Made by a program: the position numbers and the translations under genes | Shown: positions 33,783 to 43,686 of the stretch, piece by piece | How positions within the stretch are numbered: the first letter of the stretch is position 1 | Layout: every line of letters begins with the position of its first letter | Notes under the pieces: generated by a model | Database searches by the model: none | Seen by the model: the letters and a program-made list of their open reading frames with translations, nothing else | Told to the model about the DNA's origin: nothing | Source: Myxococcales bacterium | GTDB taxonomy: Bacteria > Myxococcota_A > Polyangia > Polyangiales > DASUME01 | Length of the DNA stretch: 64,000 bases | NCBI GenBank assembly: GCA_047601445.1 | Contig: JASGJH010000001.1 | Coordinates: 3,776,001-3,840,000, forward strand | Direction: 5' to 3'

Positions 33783-35813
33783 ATGAAGGGTCAAGGTTGG
33801 TTGGCAGCGGGGCTCGGCCTGTCGCTCGCGATCGGTGGCTGTAGCGGCTCGGACGACGACGAACAGTCGGTCGACGTGAGCGCCGACGCGGGAGTCCAGG
33901 ACTTCAGCGACGACATCAAGGGCCTGCGCGATCAGATCGACGGACTCACCCCGCAGTTCGCAGCGCTCGATGGGCGGCTCGACGCGCTCGAGACGCCGCC
34001 CCCGGCGCACTCATGCAGTACGGGCGAGCTCTGTATTCCGGACGGCATCGCCCTGGCGAGCTCGGCCTTCCAGCCGATCATCACGGCCGTGTGCAAGAAG
34101 ATGACCGACTGCTGCGAGGTGCGAGAGCTCTTCTGGCTCTACGGCAAGGCGATCCAGAACGAGGCCGACTGCGAGGCCACGCTCAAGGACCTGATCAACA
34201 ACGGTCAAGCCAACTACGACTACTACTACCAGGGTGCGCTCGGCAACTACGTGCAGATGGTGGTGGAGGCCGGCCACGCGCTCAACGACACCGACGTGCT
34301 GGTCGAAGTGAACACCGCGAGCGTCACGGCCTGCGCCGCCGAGATCGACGCCGAGGTGTGCTACCGCGATCAGACCTATCCCGAGCGCTGCTCCTACGAG
34401 AGCGACACGAGCCCCTGCGATCTCTCGCAGTTGTTCACGGGCAAGGAGCGCGCAGGTGACACCTGCAACTTCGGCTCCGCCATCCAGGAGTGCGGCGCCG
34501 GTTTGGTGTGTCGCGACGCGAAGGGAACCTCTCCGAACCGGACGCCGCCCCCGCAGTCCGGCCTGTGCGCTGCCAAGGCCGCCGCGGGACAACGCTGCAT
34601 TTCGGACGAGGACTGCGACGACCTCTACTGCGATCATGGGACGGGCACCTGCAAGGTGGCGGCCAAGGAGGGCGAGCCTTGCACCTTCGTGGATCCCACC
34701 TTCCTGGATATCGACATCATCGACGGGGAAGTGCTCGTCGTGCCCCCCACGATCATCGACTGCGAGCAGGGACTCGCTTGCAACCCGGTCACGAACACCT
34801 GCGCGAAGGACCACTGCGCGGCGGGCTCGTGGTGCAGAGGCAACTACGATTGCCCCGCAGGCCATGTGTGCACGAACAGCGGCAGCCAAGTCCTGGCCGA
34901 CGCGTCGGAGAGCCAGGGCTATCTGGGTGTGTGCACGCCTGGGCTGGCCGACGGCGCGACCTGCGCAGTGGACACCTTCAACCGGAACGACTGCGCCAAC
35001 TTCGCCTGCAGCGATCCGGACGACGACGGCACCAACACCTGCCAACCTGCGCCCGTGGCTTGCGACTACGGCTGCTATGGCAGCGATTGCCGGACCTGTG
35101 CCGCCGGTTCCTACTGCCACAACCAGAGCAGCACCTGCGAGCCGCTCATCGAGAATGGCCTGGGCTGCTTCGATGACACCGCTTGCAAGAGCGGCTTCTG
35201 CAACGAGGGAACCTGCGAACCGCGCGTAGCCGCGGGCGGATCCTGCCCCACGGGCTCGAACCAGCAGTGCCCGGACGGCCAGTACTGCAACGATGGCACC
35301 TGTGCCCCGGCGGTGGGCCTGGGCGAGCTGTGCGACCTTCCAGGCAGCGACTCCAACTGCTCGCAAGGCCTGCGCTGTCTCGACGTCGATGGTCCGGACG
35401 GCGCGGGCAGCGTCTATCGCTGCTACACGTTCCACAAGAACCGCAACGAGTATGCAAACCTGCCGGATGGCGTGTACTGCGCGGATGTGGACTACGACCA
35501 CTGGTGCACGAGCGGCTTCTGCCGCAAGGACGGCACCAACTACGCCTGCGCCGCCACGCTCGGCGCCGGCGCTGAGTGCGTCCCCACCAACCAGGACACC
35601 TATCGCTGCTCCAGCGACCTCGGCTGCATCGTGAACCAGGCCAGTACCCTGGGTGGCTACTGCGGTCAGTGGAAGCTGCCCGGCGAGGTCTGCGACCCGG
35701 ACCTCAACGAGTGCCGGGGCAATGAGTACTACTGCCAGCTCCACGGGGATAACTGGCTGTGTAGCCCGTACAGCGGCAGCGAAGAGTTCTGCATTCCCAT
35801 AGGCGGAGGCTGA
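33783..35813 (+). CDS. Cys-rich repeat lipoprotein (paralog 2)
   Basis: Lipobox-like IGGC; shares LDGRLDxLETP, GELCIPDG, ADCEATxKDLxNNGQ, HALNDTDVLVE, DCEQGLxCNP with paralog 1. Confidence 0.85.
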   Translation: MKGQGWLAAGLGLSLAIGGCSGSDDDEQSVDVSADAGVQDFSDDIKGLRDQIDGLTPQFAALDGRLDALETPPPAHSCSTGELCIPDGIALASSAFQPIITAVCKKMTDCCEVRELFWLYGKAIQNEADCEATLKDLINNGQANYDYYYQGALGNYVQMVVEAGHALNDTDVLVEVNTASVTACAAEIDAEVCYRDQTYPERCSYESDTSPCDLSQLFTGKERAGDTCNFGSAIQECGAGLVCRDAKGTSPNRTPPPQSGLCAAKAAAGQRCISDEDCDDLYCDHGTGTCKVAAKEGEPCTFVDPTFLDIDIIDGEVLVVPPTIIDCEQGLACNPVTNTCAKDHCAAGSWCRGNYDCPAGHVCTNSGSQVLADASESQGYLGVCTPGLADGATCAVDTFNRNDCANFACSDPDDDGTNTCQPAPVACDYGCYGSDCRTCAAGSYCHNQSSTCEPLIENGLGCFDDTACKSGFCNEGTCEPRVAAGGSCPTGSNQQCPDGQYCNDGTCAPAVGLGELCDLPGSDSNCSQGLRCLDVDGPDGAGSVYRCYTFHKNRNEYANLPDGVYCADVDYDHWCTSGFCRKDGTNYACAATLGAGAECVPTNQDTYRCSSDLGCIVNQASTLGGYCGQWKLPGEVCDPDLNECRGNEYYCQLHGDNWLCSPYSGSEEFCIPIGGG

Positions 35814-35857
35814 GCTAGGCCAGCCGCTTCACCCGAAGCGGGTCATGGGCCTAGCTC
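35812..35857. terminator. Strong 3' stem-loop directly after the paralog 2 stop
   Basis: GAGCTAGGCC/GGCCTAGCTC outer stem and CCGCTTC/GAAGCGG inner stem; no U-tract. Confidence 0.4.
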
Positions 35858-35917
35858 TGGCCAGCGCGGGCAACCTTCTGGTACCCTGCGGTCAATCCCG
35901 ACCTCCACCAAACCAGG

Positions 35918-37318
35918 GTGCAGAAGCAGTTGTCCAACCAGCGAGCCATCGTCGTAGGCGCAAGCATGGTGGGCATGGCGGTGGCGCGAGCTCTCAGCGA
36001 GCGCTTCCACGAAGTCATTCTCATCGAGCGAGACGTGCTGCCCAAGGATGCCCCCGAGCATCGCCGCGGCGTCCCGCAAAGCCTCCACATCCACAACCTG
36101 ATGCTGCGTGGACAGCAGGAGCTGGAGGAGCTCTTCCCGGGCTACTTCGACGAGGCCGTGCGCCTAGGCGCCACGCGCATCGATCACGGGCGCGACGTGG
36201 CACGCTGTACGGACCTCGGGTTCTGCCCGCTGTTCGCGACCGGCTACGAGTCGCTCTCGGCCTCGCGCGCCCTCTTCGAGTTCGCCCAGCGCCAACGCTT
36301 TCGCGCGCTGTGCCCCAACGTCGTCTGCCTCGAGGGGACACGCGTCGAGAAGCTCTTGCTCGAGGGCAGCGGTGAGCAGCGCCGCGTGGTGGGCGTGAGC
36401 ACCGACCATCCGAGCCAGCGCGAGGTCCGTGCCGAGCTGGTGGTGGACTGCTCCGGGCGCAGCTTCCTCTGGAAGAAGTGGTTCGCAGACCTAGGCATCC
36501 CGCTTCCCAAGGAGACCGTCGTCGACTCTCGCTGCGGCTACGCTTCGCGCTTCTATCAGCGCAAGCGGCCGCACACCGAGAACGGCGTGAACGCCATGAT
36601 GGTCGACCCGCTCTATCCCCACCGACCCCAATGGGGCGTGATCGTCCCCATCGAGAAGGACCAGTGGCTCGTAACGCTGGGCGGCTTCAACGAGATGTAT
36701 CCGCCCAACGACGAAGAGGGCTTCGCGCGCTTCGGCGAGACGCTGCAGACCCCGCTGTTCTCCAAGTGGCTGGCAGAGGCCGAGCCGGTGGGCCCCGTGC
36801 GCAACATGCGCCGGCTCGAGAAGCGCTGGAATCACTTCGAGGAGCAGTCACGGCCGCTCGCGGGCTTCTTGGCCGTGGGTGACTCGGCCTGGGCCTTCAA
36901 CCCTCTGTACGGTCAGGGGATGTCCATCGGCATCACCTGCGCGCGCATTCTGCGCGACGTGCTGCGCTCCAACGCGAACGTCGAAGGCTTGCCGCGCCGC
37001 TACTACCGCGCTGCCAAATCCTTCGCGCAACCGCCCTGGCGCGCCGCCGCCCTGCTCGACTTCGCTTGGCCGAAGACGGCCGGTGACCGTCCGTTCTATG
37101 CCGGACTCGCGCAGAAGGTCGGGCACAGCCTCTTGCGCGCAGCCCAGTTCGACAACCACCTGTTCTTGATGCTGCTGCGCGGCGCGCACCTGCTGGCGAA
37201 GCCCCACGAGATCATGACGCCCCGCGTGGCCATCGCGCTGTTGCGCTACTGGACGCTGCGCCTCACTCGCGCACTGCCTCCGAGCGACCTGCTGCGCTTG
37301 CCCGAACGCACGCGCTGA
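35918..37318 (+). CDS. FAD-dependent oxidoreductase/monooxygenase
   Basis: AIVVGASMVG, ERD, RRGVPQSLHIH, LVVDCSGR, GDSAWAFNPLYGQGMS. Confidence 0.9.
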   Translation: MQKQLSNQRAIVVGASMVGMAVARALSERFHEVILIERDVLPKDAPEHRRGVPQSLHIHNLMLRGQQELEELFPGYFDEAVRLGATRIDHGRDVARCTDLGFCPLFATGYESLSASRALFEFAQRQRFRALCPNVVCLEGTRVEKLLLEGSGEQRRVVGVSTDHPSQREVRAELVVDCSGRSFLWKKWFADLGIPLPKETVVDSRCGYASRFYQRKRPHTENGVNAMMVDPLYPHRPQWGVIVPIEKDQWLVTLGGFNEMYPPNDEEGFARFGETLQTPLFSKWLAEAEPVGPVRNMRRLEKRWNHFEEQSRPLAGFLAVGDSAWAFNPLYGQGMSIGITCARILRDVLRSNANVEGLPRRYYRAAKSFAQPPWRAAALLDFAWPKTAGDRPFYAGLAQKVGHSLLRAAQFDNHLFLMLLRGAHLLAKPHEIMTPRVAIALLRYWTLRLTRALPPSDLLRLPERTR

Positions 37319-37553
37319 TCGGGCCACGAAGCAGCGCACCAAGGTGGTCCACGATGACCGCATCTTGGGCTCGTTCGCTCGCGCATGGCGCTTCTCACCG
37401 ACGTGGTCGCGGTGCGTCCAAGCTCGCGCACACCCCGTGATAGCGCGCGCCCACGGCGGCACAGCGCGCGCAACGTGGTAGTGTGAGCAGACGCTCCGAA
37501 CTTGATTTCACGAGTCGAGATGCATCCCTGCTCTCTGCTTCAGTGCCCTCGAT

Positions 37554-39329
37554 GTGGACAGAGCCAACGAGGTCCTCGGACGCATGGACAACGAGGAACA
37601 TCAGCGCACCCACCGGGAGCGCAGGCAGACCGCCCTCACGTTGCTCGCTGCGGGCACGGTGCTGGTGACGCTCGCCCTGCTCGTCTCGTTCATGTTGCGC
37701 CCCGAATCCTTGACCCCTCACGTGCCTTACCTCGGTACGCTGGTGAGTCACGTGGTGGCCCTGCTCCTGATCGCGAAGAGCCGGCTTCGCGCGGGAATCT
37801 GCTTCTTCACGGCCTCCTATCTGGGTGTCATCGGTGGTGAGATCGCGCGTTCGGGAGTGTGCGCACCGCTAGCCTACGTGGCCCTGCCCATCGTGAGCTT
37901 CGTAGGTCTCACCTGGAGCGGCCGCGCGGCTGCCGTGGTGGCCACCGCCAGCTCGGCGATGCTGCTGGCGGGTGCGCTGCTGCAGAACGCGGAGAGCCTT
38001 CCCGCGCCCACGCCGCAGGCGCCGCTGCTGGTGTGGCTGACTGCCACGGTTTGTTTGCTGATCACGGCGACGATGATCTGGGTCGGCCTGGGCATCCTGA
38101 ATCGCTCGCGGGCCGAGGCTGCGGCCCACGAGCGCGCGCGGCGCCATCTGGAGCAACGCCTCGGCGAGGCACAACGTCTCGATTCGGTAGGACGCCTGGC
38201 GGCTGGCGTGGCCCATGACTTCAACAACCTGCTCACGGTGGTGTTCTCGGAGGCCAGCCGCTTGGCGGCCACGCACGCGGGCGCGCGCGCGGGTGCGGAG
38301 AACATCTTGTCCGCCGCCGAGCGCGCCGCGGCCCTGACGCGCAAGCTCCTGACCTTCGGACGGCGCAGGGAGGGGCAAGCGTCCACGTTCGACCTCAACG
38401 AGACCATCCGCGAGCTCCACAATCTGCTCGGCAAGTTCCTGGGCGAAGGCGTGCAGTTCAACCTCGAGCTCGGCCCCGAGCCGCTCTGGGTGCGCGCCGA
38501 CCGCGTGGAGATCGAACAGATCCTGCTCAATCTCGTCACCAACGCGCGCGATGCCATGCCCCGCGGAGGTTCGCTCACCGTGCGCACCGGACGCGCGACG
38601 CGGATTCAACTCGAACATGCCATCCCCCTCTGGAGGGGCAGCTCCGACGCCGTCGCCCTCAGCGTCATCGACACCGGCCTCGGCATGGATCGCGACGTGA
38701 TGCGGCACCTATTCGAGCCCTTCTTCACCACCAAGGAACTCGGCAAGGGCTCGGGCCTCGGGCTCTCCACCGTGCGCCACATCGTGAGTAGCTTGCACGG
38801 AAGCATGCTGGTGGACAGCGCGCCCGGCTACGGCTCGACCTTCACGGTGCTCCTCCCGCTGACGCAGGAGAGTGCGACGGGGCATCCGTTGGAGAGCGTG
38901 CCCCCCGACCGCACCTACGAAGTCCGCGGCGCGCGCATCTTGGTGGTCGACGACGACGATCAAGTCCGTGAGTCCGTGGCCACCGCGCTGCGCTCCGCAG
39001 GCTACGTGGTCGAGGTCGCGCGCTCCGGTGAAGAGGGCTTGACGTTGGTGGAGCGGTCGTCGCAGGGCTTCGATTTGTTGGTGACCGACGTGGTGATGGC
39101 GGGCATGCACGGTCCGGAGCTCGCGAGCCGGGTGCGTCGACTGCGGCCGGAGCAATCCGTGCTGTTCATGTCGGGCTACGAGGAGGAGCGCTTGAGCGAC
39201 GAGCGCCGTGCCATCGAGCAGGCCGAATTCATCTCCAAACCATTTCGCACACCGCAGCTCTTGACCAGTGTTCGCGGCCTGCTGCGGGCGCGACGCCAGC
39301 GTGGGTCTTCGCACTCTCAGGGTAACTAG
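37554..39329 (+). CDS. Membrane hybrid sensor histidine kinase (CckA-type HisKA-HATPase-REC)
   Basis: N-terminal TMs; GVAHDFNNLL, NLVTNARDAM, FEPFFTTK, GSGLGL, LVTDVVM. Confidence 0.93.
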   Translation: MDRANEVLGRMDNEEHQRTHRERRQTALTLLAAGTVLVTLALLVSFMLRPESLTPHVPYLGTLVSHVVALLLIAKSRLRAGICFFTASYLGVIGGEIARSGVCAPLAYVALPIVSFVGLTWSGRAAAVVATASSAMLLAGALLQNAESLPAPTPQAPLLVWLTATVCLLITATMIWVGLGILNRSRAEAAAHERARRHLEQRLGEAQRLDSVGRLAAGVAHDFNNLLTVVFSEASRLAATHAGARAGAENILSAAERAAALTRKLLTFGRRREGQASTFDLNETIRELHNLLGKFLGEGVQFNLELGPEPLWVRADRVEIEQILLNLVTNARDAMPRGGSLTVRTGRATRIQLEHAIPLWRGSSDAVALSVIDTGLGMDRDVMRHLFEPFFTTKELGKGSGLGLSTVRHIVSSLHGSMLVDSAPGYGSTFTVLLPLTQESATGHPLESVPPDRTYEVRGARILVVDDDDQVRESVATALRSAGYVVEVARSGEEGLTLVERSSQGFDLLVTDVVMAGMHGPELASRVRRLRPEQSVLFMSGYEEERLSDERRAIEQAEFISKPFRTPQLLTSVRGLLRARRQRGSSHSQGN

Positions 39330-39496
39330 GGGTTATCGAAAGCGGGTACTCCGGGTGCATTCCGGTGACGATTCTGCGGCAAAGTGGGAAGTAGTGGCGA
39401 ATGGGCCCGATCTCGTGCAACCCAGAAAGAGGCTCGTGACGTCTTGCTTGAACGACAGTTTCGTTCCTTATCACCTTTGGGATCGGAGGCCTGCCC

Positions 39497-39877
39497 ATGG
39501 CTGCCCTAGCTCGCAAGATTCTGGTGGTTGACGACTCGAAACCCTTGCGCGATCTGATGGTGGCGCTCCTGACCGAGGACGGTTACGACGTGACTGCCGT
39601 CGAAAATGGAGCGCAGGCCCTGCACGTGCTTTCGGCACCGCTGCCTCAGCCGGATCTGATCCTGCTCGACCTCGAGATGCCCGTGATGGGCGGCGAAGAG
39701 TTCCTGCAGTCCGCGAGTGAAAACGATCATCTCAGCAGCATGCGCGTGGTGGTCGTCTCCTCGAACACGCTTCAGGAGCCCACGCCCATCCGTCCCCTCG
39801 CGCGACTTGCCAAGCCCTTCACCGCCCAAGCCTTGCTTCGCGTCGTGGAGGAGTACTCGCTGCCGCGCGCGGTGTGA
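39497..39877 (+). CDS. Single-domain response regulator
   Basis: ILVVDD, PDLILLDLEMPVMGG, AKPF; GGAGG RBS. Confidence 0.92.
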   Translation: MAALARKILVVDDSKPLRDLMVALLTEDGYDVTAVENGAQALHVLSAPLPQPDLILLDLEMPVMGGEEFLQSASENDHLSSMRVVVVSSNTLQEPTPIRPLARLAKPFTAQALLRVVEEYSLPRAV

Positions 39878-39890
39878 CGCAGGGATCCCC

Positions 39891-40652
39891 CTAGCGCACC
39901 GCCACCACGAACAAGCGAGGGAACGAGAACAGCCGCTTGCCGTCGCTCCGCGCAGGGTACGCGAGCTCGATGGCCTCACGATAGCCGCGCAGGTATTCGT
40001 CGCGCTCGTCGGCTGTGAGCGTGTCGAGGTAAGGCCGGAGGCCCGTCCCCTTGACCCACTCCACGATGGCAGCCGCATCCGGCATCACGTGCTCGTAGGT
40101 GGTCTGCCAAATGTCGAGGTGCTGCACGCGAGGCGCCAGCAGGTCGTAGTAGTAGGCGGGCGTGCCCACGCGCGGTTCCGTTCGCAGCGCGGCCGTGCGG
40201 GCCGACCAGGGCCCCTTCACCTCACGCATGGCGCGGTGGCTCGGTTCGTCGAAGTTGTTGGGCACCTGAAAGGCTAGCGCTCCGCCCGGCACCAGGGCAT
40301 CCACGAGCGCAGGCACGAACTCGTGATGATTGGGCACCCATTGAAACACCGCATTGGCGAACAGCAAATCCACCGGCCGCTCCGGGCGATAGTCGAAGAC
40401 GTCGGCCTCCACGAAGCTCACGTCGGGTAGCTCGTCGCGCGCACGAGCGAGCATCTCCGGGGAGTTGTCCACGCCGGTTACCTCGGCGAAGGGCCAGCGC
40501 TCGCACAGGAGCTCGGTGGAATTGCCCGGCCCGCAGCCGAGATCGAGCACGCGATGGGGCTTCTCCAAAAAGACCCGCGACAGGAGCTCGCGCGCCGGGC
40601 GCGTGCGTTCATCGGCGAACAGGAGGTATTGGCGGTCGTCCCACTGTGTCAT
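39891..40652 (-). CDS. tam: Trans-aconitate 2-methyltransferase
   Basis: WDDRQYLLFADERTRPA, DLGCGPGNST, ANAVFQWVP, EWVKGTGLRPYL, FPRLFVVA. Confidence 0.92.
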   Translation of the reverse strand: MTQWDDRQYLLFADERTRPARELLSRVFLEKPHRVLDLGCGPGNSTELLCERWPFAEVTGVDNSPEMLARARDELPDVSFVEADVFDYRPERPVDLLFANAVFQWVPNHHEFVPALVDALVPGGALAFQVPNNFDEPSHRAMREVKGPWSARTAALRTEPRVGTPAYYYDLLAPRVQHLDIWQTTYEHVMPDAAAIVEWVKGTGLRPYLDTLTADERDEYLRGYREAIELAYPARSDGKRLFSFPRLFVVAVR

Positions 40653-40706
40653 GGCCCGCTACATACAAGAGGCCCGGGGGAGAGCAACTAGAGCAACGCG
40701 ACGAGA

Positions 40707-41912
40707 TCACCAGGTGGTCTTGAGGTGCTCATAGAGGAGATCTCCCCATTCCGTGCGAGGAAAGTCGTAGCCGCTGGACGCGCTGAGACCGCAGCCGTCC
40801 GGAGCCGTATTTTGCAGCAAGCTGGGCGGACAGTTGTGGTGGAAGGCCCAGGCGATGTGGGGAATCTCGTGCTCCTGCGCCAGCTGCCAGAGCGCACGAA
40901 TGTCGGACTCGTCCATCAGGTCCGTAAGCCCATATTCGCCGATCACGAGTGGTAACGTGGCGCTCGGCTTCGCCAGCAGCGCGTCCAAGTCGCTGGCGCG
41001 ATTGTAGGGGTGCACCTCGTAGGCGATTTGGTCTCCGGCCAGCGGATGCGCGACGAAGTAATCAAGGTCGCGCGCCCATCCTCCTGGTGCTTGCACCACC
41101 ACCACGTGATGCGGCACGCCGTGCTTGTCTTCCACCGCACGGATGGTGGTGATGGCGCGCGCGTAGGCACTCGCTAGCTCGGCCGCATGTTCGGGGCTCG
41201 TGTGGGGCTCGTTGGTGAGGCCGAACAGCACCTTCGGATCATCGTGGAAGGCCTCGGCCAGCGCCGCGTAGCGCGTGTTGGTGTCGCCCATGGAGAACGG
41301 CCATTCGCTGTCGTAGTCGCCGTTGTTGGGCTTCATGGTGGGGTCCATGAACAGCGTGACCAGCACGTACACTCCAGGCTTCTGGGTCATGTGCCGCACG
41401 TTCTGCACGATGGCCGCGAGGTAGGCCGGATCGTCGACCAGGTTGTTCCACTGCAGCTCGTACTGGTTGTACGGAGCGCTCTTCGACGAGAGGACGAAGC
41501 GGATGAAGTTGGCGTGCCAGCCGTCGATCAGCTCGTCGGCCCAACGGTCGATACCCGCGGGATCTGGCGGCGCGAAGGAACACGCGCCGCACGAGCGCAC
41601 GTCGTTGAGGTTGGCCCCACGACCATGGAAGGGAGCACCGTCCAGGAGGATGCGATTACCTTGTACGACCAAGCGGCTCGCCGTGGTTTCTGCGTCGTGT
41701 CCAGCTCTGTCTCCCGGCCCCGCATCGTCCCCGAGCAGCGGCTTCCCCGGCCCGGAATCGCTCGAAATGGGCCGATTTCCGGCGTCGTCCAGGGTCTCCG
41801 AGTCACCGTCTCCGGCCATCACCGGGTCGAGATCCGAGCCTGAAATGATGGTGCCGGGGCCACACGCCATCAGGCCGAACCAAGACACGAGAAGCCAACT
41901 GCGTCCGAACAT
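40707..41912 (-). CDS. Glycoside hydrolase family 5 lipoprotein
   Basis: Lipobox LMAC; acid/base NEP, YEVHPY, nucleophile VIGEYG, AWAF. Confidence 0.85.
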   Translation of the reverse strand: MFGRSWLLVSWFGLMACGPGTIISGSDLDPVMAGDGDSETLDDAGNRPISSDSGPGKPLLGDDAGPGDRAGHDAETTASRLVVQGNRILLDGAPFHGRGANLNDVRSCGACSFAPPDPAGIDRWADELIDGWHANFIRFVLSSKSAPYNQYELQWNNLVDDPAYLAAIVQNVRHMTQKPGVYVLVTLFMDPTMKPNNGDYDSEWPFSMGDTNTRYAALAEAFHDDPKVLFGLTNEPHTSPEHAAELASAYARAITTIRAVEDKHGVPHHVVVVQAPGGWARDLDYFVAHPLAGDQIAYEVHPYNRASDLDALLAKPSATLPLVIGEYGLTDLMDESDIRALWQLAQEHEIPHIAWAFHHNCPPSLLQNTAPDGCGLSASSGYDFPRTEWGDLLYEHLKTTW

Positions 41913-42031
41913 GCCCGAACCTAGCCCAGGTAACCTTCTCCTCGAAAGTTCGAAGTGCCGTCACCATGCGCTCGTATGAGGAGATGTCCGATGGTCTGCG
42001 TCGATGCGAGCTGCGCCCTGGCGCCGAATGA

Positions 42032-43654
42032 TCAGGGTTCGCAATAGCCCTGGGAGCAAGTGGTCCCGCTCGGACAATCTCCCTGCACTTTGCACTCGGC
42101 GCAGTCGGTGCTGCCGGTGGCGCGGATCTCGAAGAGACACGAGCAGGGGCTCTGGGGACGCGACGGCGTGATGTTGCCGCCGTCCATGCTGCGCGTGACG
42201 TGCATGGCGCACTCGGGGACGAGCCCGCTCGAGGCATAGAGGTCGATGAGCTTGATGCCGTTGGGCAGCGCCTTGGTCCCGGATAGATAGCCGATCACAT
42301 CGCTGATCTGCTGACGGGTCATGGGATTGGCAGGCAGCTGGTTGTCGTCGACGCGGTGCAGGAGGTGCATCGGCCCCCACAGCGGATAGTGGCCGTCGCG
42401 CACGTTGCGGCGGTCCTTGGCCGTGTCGTTCGAGTCCGGGTACACAGCGCAGGTCTGGTGGCTGTCGCGGAAGGCGAGCATGCGCACCTGGGCCCGCGAG
42501 ACCTTGCCGTCGATGTAATCCGCGGCGAGGATGCCGATGGTCTTGCTGGCGAGCGCGGCGTCGCTCTCGGCTGCACGCAGGCTGGCATAGACATCATCGG
42601 AGGAAGCGTGTGGCTTGCCGCGCCAACGCGTGGGGGGGACGCCGATGGCCGCCGCGAGCATGGCCTGGGTACCCGAGGATGCCTTGCGCTGCAGGATCTG
42701 CGTCTCGTCGTCCCAGATGGGCGCCTTGCCCGCTGCGTCCAACACACTGCCATCCTTGCCGAAGCCGTACACGAAGTAGGCGGCTTGGGCGCTGATCTCG
42801 CCGTGAGGTGAGTTGGGTGGCACCACGAAGGCCATGGTTTGGATGGGCCCGTGAGCGTCGCGGATCTTGAGGGTCTCCAGGTTGGTCAGCTCGAAACCCG
42901 TACACGTCTGGGCGAACACGTCCGAGATACCCAGGTCTGCGATCACCCCCTCGGTGGGCAAGAGGCAGGGCTCACCCATGCTCGCCGCGCTGCTCCAGAA
43001 GGTGGCCGTCGCCGCGGGCGCTGGTGCGGCGCCGGTCTTCATCGGTGTGCCATTCACGATGGCGTCCACACCGACGCAGGAGCCCGTGGACGTGTACACG
43101 AGGAAGGTGCCTTGAGTGGCGAACTGCTGCGCCACTTTGGCCAGAAAGGGACCTGCCGCCGAGGAGCCCGTGACGTAGACCACCTTGCCGCTGCTCGTCA
43201 CGTCCGCGCAGGCAGGCGCGGACGGCGGAGGAGGTGGCGCTCCCGCGTCGGACTCGCTGCCCGCATCGGCGTCGATCTGTGCCGCGGCCTTGAGGCTGGC
43301 CTCGAGCTGAGGCAGAGCAGGCAACGTGCCGTCGGCGCCGAGCTTGCCCAGCCGCAGTCGGTCGTCGAAGGGTGTGCAGCTCACGTCGGAGCAGGCGTTC
43401 TCGAGCGACACGGTGTCCGTGGCTTCGCAGCGCGAGCAGCCGAGGCCACCGAAGCCACCGGGATCCATGCAGCCGACAGGCCCGCCATCGGCCGAGCCAT
43501 CCAAGCCACCGTCGTTACCGCCCGGAGGACCGTCGACCTGTCCGAGCCGTACCTGATCCGCGGCATCCTTGAGCGGCAGACATGCGGTGCACGTCAAACC
43601 GCACAGCAGGAGAAACGCCGTGCGTGGAGAGAGGGCAGAGTGAAGCGAGAGCAT
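42032..43654 (-). CDS. Lipoprotein with PBP2/PstS-like substrate-binding domain and Cys-rich ends
   Basis: VYVTGSSAAGP, ADLGISDVF, QRKASSGTQ, GHYPLWGP. Confidence 0.7.
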   Translation of the reverse strand: MLSLHSALSPRTAFLLLCGLTCTACLPLKDAADQVRLGQVDGPPGGNDGGLDGSADGGPVGCMDPGGFGGLGCSRCEATDTVSLENACSDVSCTPFDDRLRLGKLGADGTLPALPQLEASLKAAAQIDADAGSESDAGAPPPPPSAPACADVTSSGKVVYVTGSSAAGPFLAKVAQQFATQGTFLVYTSTGSCVGVDAIVNGTPMKTGAAPAPAATATFWSSAASMGEPCLLPTEGVIADLGISDVFAQTCTGFELTNLETLKIRDAHGPIQTMAFVVPPNSPHGEISAQAAYFVYGFGKDGSVLDAAGKAPIWDDETQILQRKASSGTQAMLAAAIGVPPTRWRGKPHASSDDVYASLRAAESDAALASKTIGILAADYIDGKVSRAQVRMLAFRDSHQTCAVYPDSNDTAKDRRNVRDGHYPLWGPMHLLHRVDDNQLPANPMTRQQISDVIGYLSGTKALPNGIKLIDLYASSGLVPECAMHVTRSMDGGNITPSRPQSPCSCLFEIRATGSTDCAECKVQGDCPSGTTCSQGYCEP

Positions 43655-43686
43655 GACGTGAACTCACCGTGGCAACGAAGTTCGTC

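Noticed and set aside
35918..37318. Squalene epoxidase call to link with the sterol reductase
   Set aside because: Motifs fit a generic FAD oxidoreductase family and the gene is over 12 kb away; no specific support
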